NCBI GenBank assembly: GCA_001275005.1
Contig: JWZX01002884.1
Location: 1-37,440 of the forward strand
Direction: 5' to 3'
Source of the DNA: Chrysochromulina tobinii
Lineage: Eukaryota
Length of the DNA stretch: 37,440 nucleotides
Part shown: positions 1-10,174 of the stretch, piece by piece
How positions within the stretch are numbered: position 1 is the stretch's first letter
How the letters are laid out: every line of letters starts with the position of its first letter
Translations under genes and position numbers: made by a program
Notes under the pieces: model-generated
What the model saw: the letters and a program-made list of their open reading frames with translations, nothing else
The model's database searches: none
What the model was told of the DNA's origin: nothing

Positions 1-372
1 ATTGCAACGACTGCAGCCCCGGCTCGGAGTTCCGCCCGGCCCCGGGCCGAGCACGGCAGGTGGACCGGACCATCGTCACATGGTAAGGCGAGACAGAGTA
101 TGTATCCGTACATGTACATGTCCTGTACATGACTGAGACTAAACTAAAGTGACTAAAGTAAGAGAACCTCACCACCGAAACGAGAAACGACAAACGGGGG
201 TGGGGAAGCCGGCGGTAGCACTCTAAACATTATCGTTCCACCAGCACCGGAAAAAAGCCAGATCGTCCCGTTCTTTCACGAGATTTGTCATCAGGCGTCA
301 AGATCATCTTGGTGTGTGCCGATCTCGTCGCAAGTCGAGTGCGACTCGTGCTGTGACAGTCTACCGACCACT

Positions 373-1056
373 ATGCTCGCACTCGTCATGCTTTTGAGCG
401 CACTGAGCACTGGTGCTCTTAGAATCGGTGTTGAAATCAGCAAGCGGGCCGAGCGTACACATTCACCGTCGTGTCTGCGTGGCTCGCATCCACACATGGC
501 GGGCTTCGGCACCGCAGGTGCGGCGAAAAAGGGCGAGGACGTGGCGGCAAAGTCCACTAAAGCGCCACTATCGCCCAAAATTCAGTGGGACCATTTCAAG
601 AAGCATCGCAAGGCTGGCATCGAGGCCACAACTGTCTTCGCTCGCATAGCTGGCACCGAGGCGTGGTTCGAAGTTGGAGACGTGTCGGCCGCACCGCCTG
701 GGGCCGTGGCAGGTGCCGTGCAGGTGCAGAAGCGCCTCATCCTCGAGCATGCCGTGCGCGTGCACCCGCAGCTCCTGCCCAAGGCCCGTGAGCTCGAGGC
801 GGGATATGCCGTGGGCAGCACCACCCAGCCACTGCAGAAGGTGGAGCCAATCGATGCGGCCGAGGCGGGCTTCGAGGGCCGCGCGGACGCCTCCGGTAGG
901 TATGGCAAGTCGCAGGCCGAGATTTTGGAGCGTGAGGCATCCAGCCTCCAGGCGGCCTCGAAGCCCGCCGGCGGCAAGGGCAAAGGAGGCTTCCCGGGTG
1001 GTGGCACGGGCCCCGCGGCGAGGAAGGGGCCCGCGGGTGCGGGTCGCGGCGACTAG
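373..1056 (+). CDS. HHL1-like plastid protein (Hypersensitive to High Light 1 family)
   Basis: ATG at 373 begins a signal-like MLALVMLLSALSTGA followed by a transit-like segment; core motif VFAR...WFEVGDV...VQKRLILEHAVRVHP resembles HHL1. Confidence 0.65.
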   Translation: MLALVMLLSALSTGALRIGVEISKRAERTHSPSCLRGSHPHMAGFGTAGAAKKGEDVAAKSTKAPLSPKIQWDHFKKHRKAGIEATTVFARIAGTEAWFEVGDVSAAPPGAVAGAVQVQKRLILEHAVRVHPQLLPKARELEAGYAVGSTTQPLQKVEPIDAAEAGFEGRADASGRYGKSQAEILEREASSLQAASKPAGGKGKGGFPGGGTGPAARKGPAGAGRGD

Positions 1057-1362
1057 TGTGCGTTGCTGGACGGTCAGTTGTGGGCCGCGTTGGAGCTTGG
1101 ATGGTTGCTTGCGGATCCCCAGTCGTGGGGTCCTCCTTCGCGGCCCTGATTCGCTCCGATCCGACCCCGTGGCTTCTTGCAAATAATAGCAAGCAGCAAC
1201 GCGTACAGTGGCTCCAACTGTATGGTACACACCACGCTATCCACCGCCCCATCTGCCTAAGACGTTCGCGCCGGCCGACAGCTACCGCCGTGAGGACGCG
1301 ATCACCGCAACCCTCCTCGTCATCGCGTCATCAAACGAGATCGGACTGTGCTCACACGAACG

Positions 1363-2610
1363 ATGCCACGCCACTTCTTACTGGCGGCGGCGGCGCTCGC
1401 CGCCGCTGCCCACGCTAGGATGTTGCCGGCGCCTCCAGAGTCGAGCGCCCCACCCACGTCCAGCCGCAAGCGCTCCGGTGGTGGGCTGCCCGTCGTCGCC
1501 GGAGTATCGGCCGTGCTGCTAGGCGGCGCTGCTGCCGCCATGCCTGCCGTGAGGCGATCGGTCGTGAATGCTGTGCGCAAGCTGCTTGACGGCGACGATC
1601 CGCTCGCTGATCTGGGACCCGATGATATGATGGCGGGCGCTGGCTCCGCCAATGCCGAGGCTGAGCCCGCGAGCCAGCCGATAAGGAACGCCGCTCAGGC
1701 TGACCTCGGCGACGGGGAGCAGTTTACACTCACGCCTGAAAAGCTGTCGGCGATCGCCGAGCTCAACTCGAAGCTCAAGGCGATCGCGCCGCTGCTCGCG
1801 TCGGTACCGGTCTTCACCGCTGCCGTCGGCAACGGCACGTCGCCGCTGACTGTGCCGACCGAAGATGGTCAGAAGCTCTGCTACTTCTTTACAGAGCGTG
1901 TAGATGCCGAGGCGTTCCTGAGCGCGGTGCAAGAGAATACGAAGCTCGAGTTGAAGGCGACGATCATCGGCGTCTCGCTCGCCGACATCATCGCCGCCTA
2001 CACGACGCCCGAGGCGCAGGCGGCAAGAGAGACCTTTGTGATCATCCCGACCATGGCTGAGGTGGCAGCAGCTCGGCACATCATGAGAGCGTCGGGCAAG
2101 GCGGAGGCAGAGCAGCCGGCGCTTGGACCGGGCAGCGGGCTCGTGCCGGTCTTCTGGTGCGAGGCACTCGCTGTGCAGACCGCCAGTGGCAAGCAGCGTA
2201 AGGTACTCTTCCTGCGGTTACAGGACCTGAGGCAGATGTGGGAGGGTCTGACCGACGCGCGCAAGGAGCAGGGCGAGGTAGACGCGATGCCTGAGGGGCC
2301 GACGGTGCAGGTGTCGGACCTGCAGACGATGGCCGATCTGCTCGTCGCGTCCAATAAGACGGACGACGTCATGTTTCTACCCTCATCCAACGCCCTCAAG
2401 AACGCACGCGCGAGCCAGGCGCGGCCGCGTGGGGGCGGCAGCGCCGGACCATCGGATGGGCCGACGGGCGCCACCGGTGCTGACGAGAGCGCGGCGGCAG
2501 CGGACGCGGCGGCTGTGGACGACGCGGGCGCCGATGCGTCGGACGACGGGGCGTCCGAAATTGGCGTGGACGGGTTCGAGGGCGACGAGGAGGATGGCGC
2601 CACACTCTGA
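1363..2610 (+). CDS. TIC22: Tic22-family plastid protein-import chaperone
   Basis: Signal plus transit-like N-terminus; two Tic22 half-repeats (LASVPVFT...PL...YFFTERVDAEAFL and VPVFWCEAL...LFLRLQDL...VQVSDL); acidic tail. Confidence 0.75.
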   Translation: MPRHFLLAAAALAAAAHARMLPAPPESSAPPTSSRKRSGGGLPVVAGVSAVLLGGAAAAMPAVRRSVVNAVRKLLDGDDPLADLGPDDMMAGAGSANAEAEPASQPIRNAAQADLGDGEQFTLTPEKLSAIAELNSKLKAIAPLLASVPVFTAAVGNGTSPLTVPTEDGQKLCYFFTERVDAEAFLSAVQENTKLELKATIIGVSLADIIAAYTTPEAQAARETFVIIPTMAEVAAARHIMRASGKAEAEQPALGPGSGLVPVFWCEALAVQTASGKQRKVLFLRLQDLRQMWEGLTDARKEQGEVDAMPEGPTVQVSDLQTMADLLVASNKTDDVMFLPSSNALKNARASQARPRGGGSAGPSDGPTGATGADESAAAADAAAVDDAGADASDDGASEIGVDGFEGDEEDGATL

Positions 2611-2828
2611 GAAATCGAACGACAGGATCTCGGAGTGTTTGTGATGGTTTCTGACAAAATTACATTCCTAGTAGAACCCCACAGCCCAGGCCTCTCCCAG
2701 CCCAATGAAAATCACGCAGGCACACATTCACATTCACACACTCATCTGCAGAGGGTGTCGTTGCGAAGGCATTGAGGCAGGCGACTCTTGACTGTGCAGG
2801 TGCTGGAGCCAGCCCTCGTCCCAACAGA

Positions 2829-3793
2829 ATGGCGGACCGCCCTTCATCGCGCGAGCTTGGCGGCGGCCCTCGCGTGGGTGCCACGTCGGAGCCACCACCG
2901 CCGCTGCAGCCGCACACGCTCAAGCTCAACTTCGACTTCGAGGTGGTCGAGCAGCCACTGCCAGAGCCTCCTCTGGCGCCGCCGCTCGCGGAGGGCGAGC
3001 CGCCGCCGCCGCCGCCGCCGCCGCCGCTGCGTATGGGCGGCACCTACTTCGCTTTCGCCATCCCCAGCTTGGAGGGCGCCGAGCCGACGACGTACAATCT
3101 GGCGCACCCTCTCTCGGGCGAGACTGTGGCCGGCATGCTGTCGTCGGTACAGCTGTCGATCAGCGAGGCCTTGATCAGGTGGCTCGTCGACGAGTCGCAG
3201 GGCTTCCTGCCACTCGTGCTTCGCCGCCGTGGCCTCGACGCCGCTGGCGCCGACGACGTGAACGTGTGCAACCTGCCGATCGACGTCGGCGCGCTCCTCT
3301 TCGGCCGACAGAGCGCGGTGGTGCGCTTCGAGGCGGCGGTGTCGAGCGAGGGGCACCTCGCGCCGGCGAGCAGCGAGGGCGTCTCATTCAGCATGGAGGG
3401 CGCCACGCCGCTGCCCGCGCCCGCCGCTGAGCTCGCCGCCTCGCTCGGCGTGCAAATCACCTCGGACGCGCCGCTTCTCACTCACGAGATGCTGACGGGT
3501 CTCAACCCTATGTGTGTGACGCTTGTGCGTGCGGATGGGCTACCGTCGGCCTACTCGGGCACGCCGTACAAGCGGCCGTATGAGGATCTGCGGGACTCGT
3601 GCGAGCCGGTCAGTGTGCACTGGTCGCTGCTCGACACGACGTGCGTCTCGTCCGCCAAGTCGCATGCACCGTCCATCCGGTGGAACGAGCGCAAGATGCT
3701 CCTGGCGGGGAACCGCATCATCGACCCGGCCGCGCTCGCGCGCCGGCTACGCGTCGACGGGCTCCGCCTCGAAGTGCACGACCGCGACCCGCT

Positions 3794-3824
<31 letters not shown>

Positions 3825-6176
3825 ACCGAGGGCGAGCCGCCGCCGCGCGAGGAGGAGGAGAAGGAGGAGGAGGCCGACACAAATGAGGTCACGCCCCAGT
3901 CGGTGCAGCACCCTCCCTTCGGCGTGGGCCGCGCGTCGCTGGGCGACTTGATCCCGCGCCGCCGGACCGACACGACCGACTACCGGCTGTCGGGGCTGCC
4001 GATCCATCCGCCTCGCCGCCTCACCCTCGAGCTCGACATCTTGCCTTGTGAGCTCACCCTCGAGATTGCCTTGTGAGCTCACCCTCGAGATTGCCTTGTG
4101 AGCGTCCCAAATCGAAGCCCGAGCTCGAGGAGGCGAAGCCCGATGCGCCCCTACCTTGCATGCACACGCTCACGACGACGCCTCCGCTTCCCCACAGGTG
4201 AGCGTCCGAAAGCGAAGCCCGAGCCCGAGGAGGCGGCCGCCGAGTACCACGCCGGCTCGTACGTGGAGAGTGGGACCCTCGTGACCGTGTACGTCGAGCT
4301 CGCGTCGCCTCTCGGGGCCGAGGGCAAACCGAAACCCAAGGCGGAGCTGCAGCGGATGATCACGCTCATCAGGTACGCCGACACCCCAGTGCTGCACGCC
4401 CTGGCCAGCTGCATGCAAGTGCTCAATGCGGCGTCCTCTCCTCCCCACAGGTACGCCGACACCCCAGTGCTGCACGCCCTGCTCGCGGTGGTCAAGGCGG
4501 CCAACGACGCGATCGGGATGGGGTCCGCCTCCGCGTGGGAGTCATACAAGGAGTCGGCTCGTGAGGACCTCGACCTGGTGACCGGCGTGCATCTCGTCGA
4601 CGGCGAGTGCAGGCTCTTCTTCTTCGAGGGGCTCGCCGCGACGGCCCCGGACGATCCGAACCCGAACGCCATGGGACGACTCGCCAAGCTGCTCGAGCGG
4701 CGCAAGCCGAACTCGGGCACGGCGTTCACGCTCATGGACAGCTCGATCACGTTCTCGGAGCGGCTGTATAACACCTTCGAGATGCCCACGAAGCTGATCA
4801 AGCTGCGCCAGCCGATCCCCGCGCTGCTGCTCCGGCCCGACGTGTACCGGTACCTTCGCGTGGCCGAAGGCACTCAAAAGGCCCTCCTCTGCCTTGGATG
4901 CCTGCTTGGCTCGCAGACGCTGCGCACGGCGTACAAGGCGAGCGCCTTCCCGCACTGGGAGCACCTGCTGCAGCTCGAGAAGAAGTTTGGCGGCGTGCAG
5001 CTCGTCGCCGACCGAGAGGGCGTGATGCTCGATGACGACGATGAAGATGAGCCATTCGATCCGATGGCGGAGACGGGCGCGGCGCCGGTGAAGAAGCAAC
5101 GGCACCGGCCCGCCGCGCGCAAGGCGCCGACCGATGGGGACAACGAGGCATGGTACAAGTCTCTCGAGGCGCGCGCGCTCATGCAGCCGATCGACTACCT
5201 TGCCAAGAACATCGCCGAGCTGCCGCAGCCGCCGCCGCCCGCGCCACTCCCTCAGTGGTACCTTGACGCGATTCCGAAGCTCGAAGGGCCAGCGTACATT
5301 TACTCTGGCCAGCGGCTCAACCAGCAGGAGCAGCAAAAGGAACTGCTCCGCCAGGCGCTCATCAAGCTGCACAAGGAGAAGAACATTCAGATGACGTACA
5401 ACAAGGAGTTCTTGTGGGCGGACTCGGTGGGCGATCGCGAGCCGCCGAAGCCGAAGCGAGAGCAGATCCCGAACATGAAGCCCGACGCGCACCTCGCGCC
5501 GTGGGACATCAAGCAGCCCATCATCCACAACAAGGACGGCACCACCTCGAGCTTCCGAATACTGCAGCCGTCCGACTACCGCTCCGAAGAGCTGAAGGAG
5601 CCTTGGGACGAGGAGGAGCTGCTGCGCTCGCAGCGGCCCATCCAGCCGCCTGGGCCACTGCCGCCGGGCGCGATGCACCACTCGCGCCGATGGGACCCGA
5701 ACCCGTGCCCGAACGACTTTTTGGACGAGGACATCCACGAGCGGATGCGCTCCGTCTTCTCGGGCATGACGGAGGAGCAGATCGCCGCCGAGAAGCTCGC
5801 CGCCGTCGACGGCGCCGTCAAGACATGGCGCGACAAGCTCGTCGTCGACGACCCAGTGCTGCGCATCAACCTGCGATCGAGCGACTACGCGTCGCAGGTC
5901 GACAAGCTGAGCTCCGTTCTCGACGACAGGCCGGTCAAGAAGGCGCTCAAGTCGCTCTACAAGGGCAAGACACCGCTGAAACTGGCGGCCGAGCCGTCCG
6001 CCTTCACCCTATCGGTACCGTACGAAGAGGCAAGCACCCAGGGGCTCTCGCTCACCTGGCGCGGCTCGACGTCGTGGAAGCCATCCTCGGACGGGCTCGA
6101 TGTGACCCTCGCGGCGACGAAGGGCAAGTCGAAGGGAAAGAAGGTCACGATGTCGCTGCCGCAGAGCCACCGGTGA
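2829..6176 (+). CDS. CFAP92/KIAA1257-like ciliary protein; exons 2829-4047, 4198-4372, 4451-6176 (about 1039 aa)
   Basis: Motifs LNPMCVTLVRADGLP...CEPV, LEVHDRD, PFGVGRASLGDL, GSYVESGTLVTVYVELASPL and LDLVTGVHLVDGECRLFFFEGL recall CFAP92. Two GT-AG introns join ORFs 2772 and 4098 in phase. Confidence 0.7.
4048..4197 (+). other. Intron (150 nt) containing duplications of both flanking exons
   Basis: gtgagc...cccacag; removes an in-frame TGA; phase-1 join gives LPCERPK. Confidence 0.8.
4373..4450 (+). other. Intron (78 nt, in-frame) whose first 31 nt equal the next exon's first 31 nt
   Basis: cag|gtacgc...ctccccacag|gtacgc; explains the duplicated peptide RYADTPVLHAL in the ORF track. Confidence 0.8.
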
Positions 6177-6464
6177 GAAACACCAGGCCCTGCGTGTCCC
6201 GCCGGGGGGCGACGCGGACATGACGGATCATGACATACATTGGTCGAAGCTCAGCGCGCCGCGGAAGTCGTGTTGACCTGAGTCTATTTGAACGAAAACC
6301 CGTCACATCCCTGACACCGAGATGGGATCTCTTTTGAGCAAGTGTGTCTGGGAAGTGGAACTTCACATGAAGTCAAAGGTTCGTCACTTCTTTTCCGTCG
6401 CCCCCTGGGTCAGTGTCGTCAGTGGACTACCTTGGGCCCGCGCGCACGCCCCCGATCGTGATCC

Positions 6465-7232
6465 ATGCGCCTCGGCATCTGCTTCTCTCCCGCGGGATTG
6501 CTCTTCCCTTACTACGTCGGCGCGGGCTATGAGCTGCAGCGCCTCGGCATACTGCAACCGCAGACGCCACTCGGTGGCTCCAGCGCCGGGGCCATCGTTG
6601 CAGCATGCCTTGCCTGTGGTGTGCCTGAGGAGACAGTGAGGCTAGGGCTGGCGCGACTCGTGGACGACGTGCGCGCCGGCACGCGGCTCAACGTGGCGCT
6701 CCGCAAGCAGCTCGAGACATTTATGAACGACGACTCTCCCGCGCTGGCTGCGAAGCATGGCCTGACACTGGGCTACTTTGAGGTGCTGCCGCGACCCGGC
6801 CCACGGCTCGTGCGTGCTTGGGCTGACCGCGACGACCTCATCGACTGCATCTGCGCCTCTTCCAACTGGCCCCTCTTCTTCTCTCGCTGGCCATTTGTCA
6901 GATGCCGCGGCGCGTGGTGCCTGGACGGCTTCTTCTCCGTGCCTCGCAGCCGCTTCGGCTGCCCAGTACTCAGTGAAGGCGTAACGCGCACGCTCGCCAT
7001 CACTGCTCTGCCGAAGGTGTCGCTCTCGGCCTTTCTAGACGAGGACATCATCCAGCCGGGGCGCGCGGGATATGCTCCCGCGCTGCCCGTCGACGACAGC
7101 AAGTGGTTCAACTGGGCGCTGACGCCAGCGCCCGACGAGCAGCTTGATGCGATGGTCGAACTCGGGCGGCAGCATGCTCGCGTGTGGGCTTCAAGGGAGC
7201 GCGATTCGTTGTCGCCGGCGACCCTGATATGA
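6465..7232 (+). CDS. Patatin-like phospholipase
   Basis: CFSPAGLLFPYYVG oxyanion loop, GSSAG nucleophile elbow, ASS and LDGF catalytic Asp motif. Confidence 0.85.
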   Translation: MRLGICFSPAGLLFPYYVGAGYELQRLGILQPQTPLGGSSAGAIVAACLACGVPEETVRLGLARLVDDVRAGTRLNVALRKQLETFMNDDSPALAAKHGLTLGYFEVLPRPGPRLVRAWADRDDLIDCICASSNWPLFFSRWPFVRCRGAWCLDGFFSVPRSRFGCPVLSEGVTRTLAITALPKVSLSAFLDEDIIQPGRAGYAPALPVDDSKWFNWALTPAPDEQLDAMVELGRQHARVWASRERDSLSPATLI

Positions 7233-7489
7233 GACGTGTGAATTGTGTGCCGGCCGCCGGGACACAGCGACACACCGCAGTTGATCGCCCTAAATTCTTG
7301 CGCGCACACACTATATATACGTCCGGCGCTGAGGCAGTGGTTTTGATCGACGCGCGACGCGAGCTCACGCGACCGAGCGGAACAGCATCAGCCACGAGCA
7401 ACGCGCAAGCGCAGCGTTATCCTTACGTTATCCGAGTGCGTCAGTTCGCGATGAGCGAGTAATGAGCGGTCTCCATACAGTCCTTAGCG

Positions 7490-7656
7490 CTTAGCAACCG
7501 GAAAAAAATAGGGATGGACCAGGTTTTCGTGGTTTGAACCAGGAAAAGCGGTCCGGACCAGCCCAAAGTGGTTTGGACCACCGACGGTTCGTACCACTGT
7601 TTAGTGGTTCAAACCGGGAAAACCTGGCCCATCCCTTTTTTTTTCCGGTTGCCAAG
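7490..7656. mobile_element. Foldback/MITE-like element with about 50-bp terminal inverted repeats
   Basis: cttagcaaccggaaaaaaatagggatggaccaggttttcgtggtttgaacca (7490-7541) is the reverse complement of 7605-7656 with 5 mismatches; internal repeated GGTYYRRACC-like palindromes. Confidence 0.65.
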
Positions 7657-8028
7657 GTCTTTGGCTTGTATTGAATTATTCTCGCGAACCACTGTGACGC
7701 CCACGTGCCGTTGCCGATCGGATTGATCATGATTGATGCATACATCTGTTACGAGAGACGCCCATAATAAGAATAGGGGGGGCGGGCGGCTAGCTGGAGG
7801 CGTTTCCAAGGGGGCGTTTCCCGTTTTCACTCATTCACTGCTCATACACAGGCCCCTGTGTAAGGAGTGTAACGTCTACAGCTAGCCTTAGTCTGCGCCC
7901 TCCACGGTATGTCTCCACGGGACTGGTGGCCGTGCGTCTTACCGAGATGGCAAACTTGAGGGGTACCTCCGGCTTGACTTCACACCTGGGCATCGGGAAC
8001 TAACGGCTGGAGGATCGGCAGGGAGTCA

Positions 8029-8488
8029 ATGCCGCTCCTCAAGCAGGAATCCAAGATGGCCGCCGGGCCCACTGACGCGTTCGCGGAGCTGGAGGCGCTC
8101 CGCTCGGCCAAGGAGCGCGAAGTCCATGCCGCCGGCGCCGCCCAGCCCATTGTTCCGGCGGTCGCTCTCCAGCAGTTCCTTGTCCTGCTCCAAGCGAAGA
8201 AGTTTGAGAAGGCCAAGGCACTCGCCTTCCGCCGTGCGTGCAGCCCGCTCGCATCGCCGCCCATGGCGCCCATTCCACCGCTCTGCTGATGATGGCCTTC
8301 GTCGTGCCGAGCGCTCTCGCTGCTTGCGCAGTCCTGACCGACGAGCCCGACAATCAGACCATCTTGCGCTCGCTGCCTCTGATTGACATGCAACTCAAGC
8401 TGAAGGAGGGCCGTCCTGCTGATGATGACGACGAGGACGACGAGGAGGATGACGAGGATGATGATGACGACGACGATGACGATGACGA

Positions 8489-8537
<49 letters not shown>

Positions 8538-8747
8538 GCTGACAAGCCGATTGAGAACGAGCCAGTGATGGCCAACGGAGCCGCTGCTGCCCCCGTGCCG
8601 GCGGCTTGCGACGACACGACTGCTGCCGCGGCAATGCAGGCGGCAGCTCCGCGCCAGCCCGCGCCATCGGACGCCGAGCTGCGTAGAGAGCTGCGCAGCT
8701 TGGTCGACAGCTTGGTCGAGGAGGAGTCGACACAGGTGGTGAGGTGA
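8029..8747 (+). CDS. ERICH2-like acidic protein; exons 8029-8233, 8332-8747 (about 206 aa)
   Basis: GT-AG intron 8234-8331 joins LQQFLVLLQAKKFEKAKALAFR to LLTDEPDNQTILRSLPLIDMQL, similar to the ERICH2 core; followed by a poly-Asp tract. The 3' end is uncertain. Confidence 0.55.
8421..8537 (+). repeat. (GAY/GAG)n trinucleotide tract encoding poly-Asp/Glu
   Basis: Continuous gat/gac/gag codons. Confidence 0.9.
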
Positions 8748-9445
8748 GACGTGCAACGGCGAGCAGAGTCCAGAGAGAGTCCGTCGCGGCCAGACGTGAG
8801 GTGACGCCGTGCCCGTGATATCGCGAGCGTCGACCAAGCCTGACGAATATTTCATGATGCCGGTGTGCGCCGTGCACTAAATATATCCCCAGCCGCACGC
8901 ATCTTCGTGATTCGAAACGATCTGCCGTACGGGGTACGCGGGTACGCACGCCGCACGCGGCTTTGGAATTATATTCGTGAGCCTGAGCGCATAGTTACCC
9001 CTTACCCGAGGACCGTCGGTCCCCCCGCACCGAATCGCGAATGCGCCGCCGTAGAACGCCGTAGGCCCGTGTAGCCTCGGTTATTTGTACGGTCAACGTA
9101 AGGTCAACGGTGGATCGCGGCCCCGCCGGCCCGTCGTCCCCGCCAGCGGATTCGCCTTTCGCGCACTGCCTCGCCTTGGAAATTATGCCTGGGGGTATCC
9201 CCCTCGCCAGGTCGAGCGTCGCCTCCCGTCCTCCCGTGTCCCGTCCTGCCGTTTTCCTGCCCGGTCCACAGGTTGACTCATTTTGCCGATCACATGACAC
9301 GTTGATACCCAGAGCACCCGCAGGCGCAGCTAAGGCGCAGCCACATGACATTCAGGCTCTGGAGGTCTGGTGCAGTGGTGCTCTCATCGTCTCATGAGTC
9401 TCAACTACTCGTCTAAATTACATGAATCTCGTCTGAGTTGCCTTA

Positions 9446-9955
9446 CTATTGCCAAAAATCCACCACCCTCGAGGTCTTGCGTGGTTCCTTGAGATCGTAC
9501 CCGGTGTGCAGTGCTTCTGCAGGACGGCGATATCCCCCGCGGGAGCGTAGCGCCCCCGTGGGAGGGGGGAGCACAAAGGGTTTGCCCGAGTACACAGACG
9601 AGCGTGGAAACGGCATGACGCCAATGACAGAGAGGCGTGAGGCATCGCGCACGTTGAGCGTCGTCGCATGATGGATAGACGTCTTCTGGTGCGGCAAGTT
9701 ACGCACAGCTTGCGGTGGCACCTTCCGGACCCGTCGCTGGGCCGATACTGGCGCCTGCAGGCCAAACCGTAATGCATGTAAGGGGAACGTCCCGCTCGCT
9801 ATCGGCGCAGCTCGGATAGCAGCGCAACGCAGTGACCGTGGCGACGCAGCAGCAGTACGGTTTGCCCAGTTGACCGCTTGTGGACGATTCATGGGGGAAC
9901 CATGCAAACCACGCGTCCTTTCGGGTGAAAGCTGATAGGTGAGTGTGTACGACAT
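9446..9955 (-). CDS. Possible hypothetical protein (MSYTLTYQLSP...RVVDFWQ)
   Basis: Longest ATG-led ORF in a 1.3-kb gap; no recognisable motif; start position approximate. Confidence 0.2.
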   Translation of the reverse strand: MSYTLTYQLSPERTRGLHGSPMNRPQAVNWANRTAAASPRSLRCAAIRAAPIASGTFPLHALRFGLQAPVSAQRRVRKVPPQAVRNLPHQKTSIHHATTLNVRDASRLSVIGVMPFPRSSVYSGKPFVLPPPTGALRSRGGYRRPAEALHTGYDLKEPRKTSRVVDFWQ

Positions 9956-10174
9956 GCGATCAACACAAAGAGGTCTTGTAGCAAACGGACCCAGTGCCCT
10001 TTTCATCAGCGATGCATGCAAGATTCATTGCGAACGGGCGTGGTGCGACTACGAGCGGCAGCACTTCGAAAATGGTCAGCTCGGCAGAGTCTCGGCAGTC
10101 GATCTGACACGTTCTGTCTGACGATCTCGGCAGCTCCCGAACCTGTCCCGAAGCACTCCCGAAGCTCGGTCCGA

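Noticed and set aside
4542..5738. Long antisense or alternative-frame ORFs (also 16755-17711, 7980-8855, 25666-26535, 33140-33904)
   Set aside because: Shadow ORFs expected from GC-rich codon usage overlapping better-supported genes.
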